NCBI GenBank assembly: GCA_037190145.1
Contig: JBBCJU010000003.1
Coordinates: 2,170-66,169, forward strand
Origin: Fimbriimonadaceae bacterium
GTDB lineage: Bacteria > Armatimonadota > Fimbriimonadia > Fimbriimonadales > Fimbriimonadaceae
Direction of reading: 5' to 3'
DNA length: 64,000 nt
Positions 44,205 to 52,203 of this stretch are shown here, in pieces. Position numbers and translations under genes: made by a program. The number at the start of each line of letters is the position of its first letter. Within the stretch, counting starts at the first letter, position 1. The notes beneath the pieces were generated by a model. The model saw only the letters and a list, made by a program, of their open reading frames with translations. It was not told the origin of the DNA and did not search any database.

Positions 44205-44564
44205 ATGAACGATGAACCACATTTGCGTTATGGTGATTGGCTTATCTTCTTATCGCTTACAGGGCTATCTTCTCTACTTGGATCAATCTTCTTAGATTAT
44301 CTGACCGGGCAAGATGGACAAATGGGTCTCTTTTTGGGAGGCGTTATCCTTGTTGCTATAGGTGCGGCTTTTTCTTGTCTGATTGCGGTTGCCTGTCTTT
44401 GGTTTATTCCCAACTGGATAAAGGAAAACAAATGGGTCGTCATCCTTGGGTCACCGTCTCGTGTTTCACCATCTTGCTATTCCTTTACTTATCACGCAGT
44501 TCCCTTTGACCTGACCACGTTAGCTTGCCGGAAATCCATATCTAAATTTGGAAATATTCGATGA
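44205..44564 (+). CDS. Hypothetical membrane protein
   Basis: 119 aa with 2-3 hydrophobic helices. No family recognised. Confidence 0.3.
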   Translation: MNDEPHLRYGDWLIFLSLTGLSSLLGSIFLDYLTGQDGQMGLFLGGVILVAIGAAFSCLIAVACLWFIPNWIKENKWVVILGSPSRVSPSCYSFTYHAVPFDLTTLACRKSISKFGNIR

Positions 44565-44882
44565 TCGACCGAATTGGAGATTCAGAGGATCAGCCCCTCA
44601 AAGGATTTGGGAGGCAACAGAGAACCCGCGAAGGCAGCATGTTGAACCTCCCAGCCAAGACATACGCGGCGCCTGTATACAATCTTAAGGTCCGCGTGAT
44701 TTCAGCTTATAAGGAAGATACATCTGGTTTTATCCAACCAGGCAAACCTTGGCACGATGTACAAAATCAATAACTTATTCGACGAACATCAAGGTGAACG
44801 ACCCTGAAGAACATTCCACTTCTCACGAGCCCAGTATCAACCGTACTTGGGAGAATTACAACAATCTTATGCCACACCGAAT

Positions 44883-45927
44883 TTAGTGTGAACATTGAGT
44901 GGGATTGGGGACGGAAAGCTGATACTCCGTAGGTTGATTACTTTGCTGAGATACAACAATTGCAATTACGCCCTTTTCTTTTGCCAAGCAAGTTGCCCAT
45001 CCCTTTTTCCTTCGATGATCGAATATCTGCGATACAAACTTCGGAAAATGACGAGCCTCCACTTCTTCTACTGAGAACCAGACTCCGCGAGCCTCACTTA
45101 CAGACTCGATACGAATAAAATCACCGGGATTAACCTCCAGTAAAGCAAGCTCAACAGAACTGGGCGCTAGTTTTCGGGGCAATGTGGGCTTATCAATGAC
45201 CACCGGAAAAAGAGTCATCGGGGCCATGCTCACCTCCACCAAGGCTTTTGGGGCAGCCCTTGCAAAAATCTTCAGGTAGTAGTCTCCATCCGTCACCTTT
45301 CGAACATCTATCCGAGTGTGGCTTCCACTAAAGGAGTCCTCGTCGATCACACGTCCGATCGGATCTAGCACCTCATACTCGGGACGTGCCGTACCAGTAG
45401 TCAAGTGCAAGGAGAAAGGACGTCCCTTTTTTGCCTGAGACATGTAGCCAATGAGTCCCTTTTTCATCGAGAATGATCGGTGCTGGCTTGGAAGAATCAA
45501 GAGAGGTAGAAACAAATCGCCGAATCGTTAGTTCGAATGGTCCACCCGCTGCGGACTTATAACCCTTTACCCAGATTCGATATCTACCGGCAGCAGAAAA
45601 CCGATAAGCCAACCTAGGATTCTGGATGCCTGGTTCTTCATCATCATTTGAAGCTAAGATTTTTCCGGCTTCATCCACAATCTCCAGCGCAGGATCAAAG
45701 ACAGTGCTCTTCGCAGTTGCGATAACAGTCTCACCAGCCTTTGCTTCAACTAGCCATTCTCCCTTCTCGCCGGGAGTAAGAATAAGCTGTTGGCTCACCT
45801 CATCTCCGGTAGCCGTACTGATAGCCGCGCCTCCCATCCCTCCGCCTCCGAAGCCTCCCTATCCATTGGTCAAAGCGCATAAAGAGACTAATAGAGCAAA
45901 AACAATTGCTAATCGAAAACCATTCAT
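44883..45927 (-). pseudogene. Disrupted gene for a secreted protein with three pre-peptidase C-terminal (PPC)-like repeats
   Basis: The signal peptide MNGFRLAIVFALLVSLCALTNG is in frame with ORF 45373..45837 but separated from it by TAG (45859-45861). That ORF continues into ORF 44883..45515 only after a +1 shift at the A6 run (45427-45432). The DP-LEIVDEAGKILASNDD style motifs repeat. Confidence 0.65.
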
Positions 45928-46303
45928 CCAGAACCTCATTTCACAACCCTATGTGTGGTTCTTTGACGAGCGATCAGCCTTTTTGTTACAAAATGGATGG
46001 ATTCATCTACTAGGTCGTGTCTGCCAAAATGGGATCAATGGCGAACATTAAGGCCGCACAGGCATTCCTTTACGACGTAACCGTCATGTATTCCGATGGA
46101 TCGGTGATGGAAGTTATTGTCTCTTCCGCAAACAAGCTAGCTGGTGGCGACACATTGATGGTTACAGGAGCAGGCGGAAAGTCTCGAATAGCCGTTATCG
46201 AGCCGGCAGGAATAATGCACCCGCAATCAGTGCCAAGTTCTAAATCAAGTTCTCGGTGCTACATTCGACGAGATCAGCTTGGCCGGGCGGTTGCTTCAGT
46301 TTC

Positions 46304-46951
46304 TTAGTAGTAACAACCAGACGTCTTTTGGTTCGGTGCGTATTTGGCATCGAACGGCTTGGCCTCCGCTCCGACCTCTTTGCCAATCATGTCGTTCATC
46401 TCTTTCATCATGTCTTGGCTATATCCAGGCCACATCTTTACGATCTTGCCTTCTGTGGAAACCAAAGCACAGTAAACCGATTGCTTGGCTTCGTAAGCCT
46501 TTATGATCTCCTTCTTCGAATCAGAAACCACTGGGAAAGACGGGCGATAGTCTTGCGTCCATGCTCTTCCCTTCTTTTGGTCAGAATCAATTACGCCGTA
46601 GAAGTCCACTTTATCTTTCCACTGCTTTGAAAGACTGTTGAATAAGGGCTGAGCATCAATGCTGCAGGGGCAACCATCGAGAATAAAAAGGATGAACTGC
46701 GGACGTTCTTGCTGGCCCGAAATCTTGACCGGCTCCTCGCGAACGGAAAGAAGCTGATACGAAGGCGCATCTTTCAACGCCAAACGATCTGCATCGGCAA
46801 TCATTTTCTTGGTTACGGGATGCTCTGGCTGCGCAAAATCCACTCCTGGAATCTGGGAAGCAGGATCAGGTTTCTTGCTTGAGAAGAAGATAGCAAGGCC
46901 AGCGATGAAAATCCCGGCGCTAAGGACGATGCCAATCAGATTTCTTTGCAT
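46304..46951 (-). CDS. Membrane-anchored thioredoxin-fold (TlpA/redoxin-like) protein with CPC motif
   Basis: N-terminal TM anchor. FILFILDGCPCS sits where Trx-fold proteins carry CxxC. The FPVVSD and downstream beta-strand pattern is typical of redoxins. Confidence 0.55.
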   Translation of the reverse strand: MQRNLIGIVLSAGIFIAGLAIFFSSKKPDPASQIPGVDFAQPEHPVTKKMIADADRLALKDAPSYQLLSVREEPVKISGQQERPQFILFILDGCPCSIDAQPLFNSLSKQWKDKVDFYGVIDSDQKKGRAWTQDYRPSFPVVSDSKKEIIKAYEAKQSVYCALVSTEGKIVKMWPGYSQDMMKEMNDMIGKEVGAEAKPFDAKYAPNQKTSGCYY

Positions 46952-47078
46952 CGATAATCAGTTTACCGGTGCAACTAGGCAGGACAGGGTCCTTAGAATA
47001 GACCTCATCGGTTGCGGGAAGTTTGTTGCATTGATCTTCAATCCAGCAATCGCTAAACCAAGCGATCCAAAATGAGCC

Positions 47079-48920
47079 ATGCGTTCCGTGCGGATGCGGC
47101 TTCTTGTAAGCCACCTAATTCTTGTGCTGTTGCTTGGCTTTGTTATGAGCTCAGCCATCAGTAGCTTCGTCGCTCTGGGCAGAGGTGTGGATCGAGTTTT
47201 AGAGGGCAACTACAAGAGCATCTCTGCAGCTCAAATGATGCAGAATGCCTTGCTGCAAGACATGACCGGCATTAGTGAGGTCCTTGCAAATCGTCGAGAA
47301 GATGGTATTTCAAGGCTAAACGAAGGAGATCGTGAATTCAAAGAAGGAATTACTGAAGCGATTGCGGCGATCAACGAGGATGGAGAAGCCGACAACATAA
47401 AGCGCATCGAAAAACTGTATGCCGAGCATCGCCAAACCACTGATCGAATCCTTACGAACCAGAACCTTAACCTGAACACACGATCTGAACTCACTCACTT
47501 TGCGGCGATAAATCTCAGCCAGTTAAGTATCGAGATTAACGACTTGATTCTTCTGAATCAGAACGCAATGGTAAGAGAGAGTTCGATCGTAAAGTCAGTC
47601 GTTCAGAACGCAGCCGGGCGTAGTATTGCAGTAGCCGGCATCGCGCTCATCCTAGCCATTGTCCTCACGATAGGCCTCTCCAAGGACATCCTAAAGCCTC
47701 TTCATATGCTTGCCGAGCGTGTCCAATCTATTGGTGAAGGAGACTTGGATCAGCGCCTTGTGCTCCGTCGCAATGATGAACTGGGCTCACTGGCAAAGTC
47801 CTTTAACCACATGGCAGATAGCCTTCAAGAAGCCAAAATGCGCGCCTTGCAACGTTTGCAACGTGCGGAGAAAATGTCTGACCAAGCTCTTGAGAGCCTT
47901 TACGATCCCGTCATTGTCACCGACTCAAGAGGCAATATCGCCTACCTGAATAAGGCAGCAGAGGGGCTATTTGGACCAAGCCCTGACATTCCCCGCATAC
48001 CTATCATCTCTCATAGGGGAGACGAGCTCATTGTCAAGGCGATTCATCGCGCTATACAACAAGAAACCGTCCTCGCAACGGAAGACGAAACCTCCTTGAT
48101 TCCGATTCAGGTCGGAGAGACCACCCGGAAATACAGACAAAGGGTAACCCCAATGAAAGATGATCAGGGCGAACTGTTAGGAACGGTTGTCGTCCTTGAA
48201 GACATCACTCATCTGAAAGAAGTAGACCGTCTTAAGACCGAGTTCATTGGTGTAGCTTCACATGAGCTAAGAACACCGGTCACGTCTCTCCTCATGTCCG
48301 TACAACTTCTAGAGGAAGGGGCGGTTGGTGATCTCAACGACAGTCAAAAGCAGGTTGTGGCGCTTCAAAGACAAGACCTTGAGCGGCTTCAACGGTTGAT
48401 GCAAGAGTTACTTGATTTGTCCAAACTTGAAGCTGGAACTCAACCTTTGCGCTACACCCTATTGAACGCTGAGGAATTAGTGCAAGGAGCCATTTCCTCT
48501 ACCAAAGCCATCGCAGCACAAAAAGAGATGCAAGTGACGGCTGAAATAGATCCTAGCCTGCAACCTTTCCGAGCGGATCGTAGTCAGATTGAGCGGGTCT
48601 TGATCAATCTGATTTCGAATGCCGTTCGTCACTCAAATCCCGGTAAAGGAATCATAGTCCGTGCGGCCAAAGATAAGGATCAAGTAACCTTTACGATCGA
48701 AGATCAGGGTGAGGGTATTCCGAAGGAATACGTTGACAAAATCTTTGACCGGTTCGTGCAAGTTCCGGGGGCGACGGGAGGCGGTGCAGGCCTCGGTCTC
48801 TCAATTGCGCACAACATTGTGAAAGCACACGGCGGAAGCATCTGGGTGGAAAGTAAACTGGGGGTAGGAAGTGCCTTCCACTTCTCCTTACCCACCGACC
48901 CTATAGCCGTGGGAGAATAA
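47079..48920 (+). CDS. Sensor histidine kinase (two-TM sensor, HAMP, PAS, HisKA, HATPase_c)
   Basis: HAMP: GEGDLDQRLVLRRNDELGSLAKSFNHM. H-box: FIGVASHELRTPVTSL. N-box: NLISNAVRHS. G-box: GGGAGLGLSIAHNIVKAHGG. Confidence 0.9.
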   Translation: MRSVRMRLLVSHLILVLLLGFVMSSAISSFVALGRGVDRVLEGNYKSISAAQMMQNALLQDMTGISEVLANRREDGISRLNEGDREFKEGITEAIAAINEDGEADNIKRIEKLYAEHRQTTDRILTNQNLNLNTRSELTHFAAINLSQLSIEINDLILLNQNAMVRESSIVKSVVQNAAGRSIAVAGIALILAIVLTIGLSKDILKPLHMLAERVQSIGEGDLDQRLVLRRNDELGSLAKSFNHMADSLQEAKMRALQRLQRAEKMSDQALESLYDPVIVTDSRGNIAYLNKAAEGLFGPSPDIPRIPIISHRGDELIVKAIHRAIQQETVLATEDETSLIPIQVGETTRKYRQRVTPMKDDQGELLGTVVVLEDITHLKEVDRLKTEFIGVASHELRTPVTSLLMSVQLLEEGAVGDLNDSQKQVVALQRQDLERLQRLMQELLDLSKLEAGTQPLRYTLLNAEELVQGAISSTKAIAAQKEMQVTAEIDPSLQPFRADRSQIERVLINLISNAVRHSNPGKGIIVRAAKDKDQVTFTIEDQGEGIPKEYVDKIFDRFVQVPGATGGGAGLGLSIAHNIVKAHGGSIWVESKLGVGSAFHFSLPTDPIAVGE

Positions 48921-48925
48921 ACTTC

Positions 48926-49678
48926 TTGAGCAAAATCCTCATCATCGATGACGAAGCCAACTTGCGCACCATGATGCGCCTAACGTTGGAACATTCCGGA
49001 CACCAGGTGGAAACCGCCGAAGATGGACCCAGTGGGCTAGAAAAATTCGGGGATGGATCCCTCTATGACCTTGTCTTGCTTGATCAAAGAATGCCCGGCA
49101 TGCACGGCACCGAGGTTCAAAGAGACATCCGCAAAAAGAATCCGAAAGCCAAAGTCATATTGACCACCGCGTTTGGCACCAATGATCTTGCGGACCAAGC
49201 GATGGCAATGGGAGCTGCAGATTTTCTACGCAAACCTTTCACCGCCGACACGCTTCGCTTAGCCGTGAAGTCCGCGCTTGCTAGAGACGCAGATACAGCA
49301 AGTAAACCGACAACTGGCTTTGAGAGAACGACGATCAATGGCTACCGCATTCAATTGCTGACTGAAATACATGACCGACACTTTGGCGAAGTGATTTGCA
49401 CCTATAAAGTGTACGAACCTTCTGAAACTACAGCCTCGGTAAAAGTGATTGTTCCGCAGTATGTAATGGAACTGGTAAAGGCACACGCCGATACGGAAAC
49501 AGTGCCTTGCCAAAACCGTTTTTGGCAAGCGATGAGTGAAGAAGCCCTCATTGATTACCTTTGGCAACAAGCTAAACTTCCGACCGATAACGTGCTGAAA
49601 GTAGAAGAGTTAACCCCTGCACTAGAGAGATGGGTTGATGGCATCATGACCATTCAACCGGAGTCTGAGAATGAATGA
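48926..49678 (+). CDS. Response regulator: receiver domain plus uncharacterised C-terminal domain
   Basis: ILIIDDE, DLVLLDQRMPGM (phospho-Asp) and LRKPF (conserved Lys). The ~125-aa C-terminal region matches no output domain I recognise. TTG start. Confidence 0.8.
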   Translation: MSKILIIDDEANLRTMMRLTLEHSGHQVETAEDGPSGLEKFGDGSLYDLVLLDQRMPGMHGTEVQRDIRKKNPKAKVILTTAFGTNDLADQAMAMGAADFLRKPFTADTLRLAVKSALARDADTASKPTTGFERTTINGYRIQLLTEIHDRHFGEVICTYKVYEPSETTASVKVIVPQYVMELVKAHADTETVPCQNRFWQAMSEEALIDYLWQQAKLPTDNVLKVEELTPALERWVDGIMTIQPESENE

Positions 49679-50765
49679 ACTTGGGCCCGACGGTAAGGGC
49701 AAACTAAAAATATTCCTTAGCTTTGCAACGGGAGTCGGCAAAACGTTCCGTCTGCTCGATGAAGCGAAGCGACGAGCGAAACGAGGACAGGACGTAGCCA
49801 TTGGAATGATTGATGCCCGAAAGCGCCAATCTACCATTGAACATACCGGAGGTTTCGAAGTCGTTCCCCCTCAGATCATTCACTATGGTGGTCGCGAGTA
49901 CGAGGCTCTTAATGTGGATGCCATCATCAAACGTCATCCGAACTTGGTCCTCATTGACGACCTAGAGAAGAAGAATCCTCCGGGAGCCGGACACGAGTAT
50001 CGATGGCAAGATGTCGAGCAAATCATGGAGCATGGCATCTCGGTCCTCACTTCGATGAACGTCGCTCATCTTGAGAGCCTGAACGACAAGATTGCCGATA
50101 TCACTGGAATTCGAGTTGCGGACACTGTTCCTGACCAGCTTTTCCATAAGGCAGAAGAGATTGAGATCATTGATGCCACGCCTCATGCGTTGATCAACCG
50201 GTTAGAAAGAGGCGATATCTTCCCCATGGAAGAGATTGAGAACCAGAAGAAGACTTGGTTCAAAGAAGAAACCCTAAGTGCCCTTAGGGAAATCGCCATG
50301 CGCGAAGCGGCGGGACGAGTAGACGAAGACATTAACGAGTATCGCAAGAAGAAGAAAATCGAGAAATTGTGGGCTACGAATGACCGCGTTCTCATCTGCG
50401 TGTCTCCCACAAAATCTTCCCTTCGAATCGTACGCCGAGGCTGGAGAATGGCCCAAAAGATGAATGCGGATGCCGTCGCATTTTTTGTGGAAGAAAAGCC
50501 ACCCACTGAGGAAGAAGAGCGCACCATCCACGACGATTTGGCCTTGGCTGAGCGTTTAGGTATCCGGGTTGAAAAGGTAAAGGGGAAAGCCCTAGACGAA
50601 ATCATTCGCTACTGTAAAGAACACAACGTCACTCAGTTGGTGGTAGGACACAGTGAACGTAGCAAACTTGAACAACTAACCAAAGGGTCCGTTATTAACG
50701 ACTTGGTTCGTGAGTTGAGAACGGTTGACATTCTGGTTGTCGCCGCCGAAAGTTCGGGAGCTTAA
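49671..50765 (+). CDS. Stand-alone KdpD N-terminal sensor domain plus Usp domain (no TM or kinase part)
   Basis: GKLKIFLSFATGVGKTFRLL (Walker A-like), RWQDVEQIMEHGISVLTSMNVAHLESLND and REIAMREAAGRVDE align closely with E. coli KdpD residues ~20-380. The start overlaps the RR stop (ATGAATGA). Confidence 0.9.
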   Translation: MNELGPDGKGKLKIFLSFATGVGKTFRLLDEAKRRAKRGQDVAIGMIDARKRQSTIEHTGGFEVVPPQIIHYGGREYEALNVDAIIKRHPNLVLIDDLEKKNPPGAGHEYRWQDVEQIMEHGISVLTSMNVAHLESLNDKIADITGIRVADTVPDQLFHKAEEIEIIDATPHALINRLERGDIFPMEEIENQKKTWFKEETLSALREIAMREAAGRVDEDINEYRKKKKIEKLWATNDRVLICVSPTKSSLRIVRRGWRMAQKMNADAVAFFVEEKPPTEEEERTIHDDLALAERLGIRVEKVKGKALDEIIRYCKEHNVTQLVVGHSERSKLEQLTKGSVINDLVRELRTVDILVVAAESSGA

Positions 50766-50770
50766 TCAAC

Positions 50771-50803
50771 GATGTTTCCTGACGAAGATCATCAGGAAAC
50801 ATC
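50771..50803. terminator. Strong hairpin between convergent genes
   Basis: Perfect 12-bp stem GATGTTTCCTGA/TCAGGAAACATC with a 9-nt loop, lying between the stops at 50765 (+) and 50809 (-). No U-tracts. Confidence 0.45.
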
Positions 50804-50808
50804 AGACG

Positions 50809-52149
50809 CTATTGCTTAGCTAAGTAAAAGAATGTGTTGTTTCTATCCTTCAAAACAAGGATACGGCCGCCTTTAACAGACTCAAAGTAGCAATCAAAGG
50901 TCTCGGCTTCACCCTTGAAACGATTAGTCAACTTGATAGACCAATCACTACTTGTGTAGCTGCCGCTGTAAGTTTGCCTAGAAAATCGAGCATTGCCTAC
51001 TTGACCAGATGCGCCAGAATGGTCGCTACTATACTTTCCTCCCGCTAAGAATTTGTATTCATCAGCCGTAGAAGTAGCCGTTGCTCCGGCAACCCTGCCG
51101 GAACTTACATAGTAGTAAGTCAGACTTGCGTAAGTGTTTGTAGCCCAGATACCTGTCAAATCAGCACTTGCAACCGCAAAACGGTTTCGCCTGACAAAGT
51201 TTTCCAATTTCTCCCATCCAAACTCTTCGTTTCGGTACGTCATGAACTCCCGTTCAAACGTGGCCTTTGAGTCGGTTATAAACTCAATGTACTTTCCGTC
51301 TCCTTGACTCTTGTGCTTCTTAAAGAGCACGACATAGACCTTTTTACCAGAGGCTTTATCAATGGCACTTGCCTCGGCAAAACCAATGGACTCAAAGCTC
51401 TGAATAGACCGGTCAGCGAAGTTTTGGATACCCGAATACCTCGGCGCAACCAGGGTGTTCCACGCTCGTTGCGTCTGCGTTTTGAGTACAGAGTTGTATT
51501 CATCTGCAGCCTTGTTTGGATAGTGAACCAACACCTTGAGATTGCCTTTTGAAACGGTCACCCAATCCGAGTCTTCCGTGGATGTCCAACCATCGTCAAA
51601 ATTTGTTGTTGTGAACTGAAAATTCCCTTTCTTTGTTTGGGGCTGAGGCTTGGCTATAGGAGTTGTACCTGCAGGTTTTTTAAGGGATAAAGTGCCAACA
51701 AACTTTTGAATCTCATCCTTGTACGCGTCTGTGTTAGTGAGTACCAATAGGTTCGCAACGCGCCCATGACCGGTTGCGGTAATCAATAAAGCAATTCCTT
51801 TGTGTCCCTCTAATTCGAAAGTCGACGAACCAGATTCTAACGTCCATCCATTATCTGAAGTTGGTTTATTCACTTCAGGATTACCAGCCTTCACCGCACC
51901 TTGTACGAGCGTTTTCCAGAAGCTTTTGAAATTCTCGTTACTGCTCGCTTTAGATGCCTGAGACTTGACCAGGGTTAAGGCACAGAACGCCCCAGTCGTA
52001 GAGTCTTCTTTGGTGTAGATAAGCGTATCCGGGGTCTTGCTCACCTTATAGCCGGCAGGTATCTGATGGACAATGACGTCGAACTCCTGCTTTTGGGCAA
52101 AAACACAGGTGGTTAGCAGGAAAACACAAAGAATCATAAAAGATTTCAT
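50809..52149 (-). CDS. Hypothetical secreted protein
   Basis: ATG 52149 gives the signal peptide MKSFMILCVFLLTTCVFAQ. Beta-rich composition. No family recognised. Confidence 0.45.
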   Translation of the reverse strand: MKSFMILCVFLLTTCVFAQKQEFDVIVHQIPAGYKVSKTPDTLIYTKEDSTTGAFCALTLVKSQASKASSNENFKSFWKTLVQGAVKAGNPEVNKPTSDNGWTLESGSSTFELEGHKGIALLITATGHGRVANLLVLTNTDAYKDEIQKFVGTLSLKKPAGTTPIAKPQPQTKKGNFQFTTTNFDDGWTSTEDSDWVTVSKGNLKVLVHYPNKAADEYNSVLKTQTQRAWNTLVAPRYSGIQNFADRSIQSFESIGFAEASAIDKASGKKVYVVLFKKHKSQGDGKYIEFITDSKATFEREFMTYRNEEFGWEKLENFVRRNRFAVASADLTGIWATNTYASLTYYYVSSGRVAGATATSTADEYKFLAGGKYSSDHSGASGQVGNARFSRQTYSGSYTSSDWSIKLTNRFKGEAETFDCYFESVKGGRILVLKDRNNTFFYLAKQ

Positions 52150-52203
52150 AGGAACCAAACCAACAAATCTATTTTTACACGGTGATTGACTCATGAATAC
52201 TGA

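Noticed and set aside
46017-46307. 96-aa plus-strand ORF (GTG start) between the pseudogene and the thioredoxin-like gene. Also the 70-aa ORF 44561..44773, whose ATG overlaps the stop of the previous ORF.
   Set aside because: Both are plausible small genes, but I find no motif, signal peptide or SD strong enough to call them. They need conservation or proteomic evidence.
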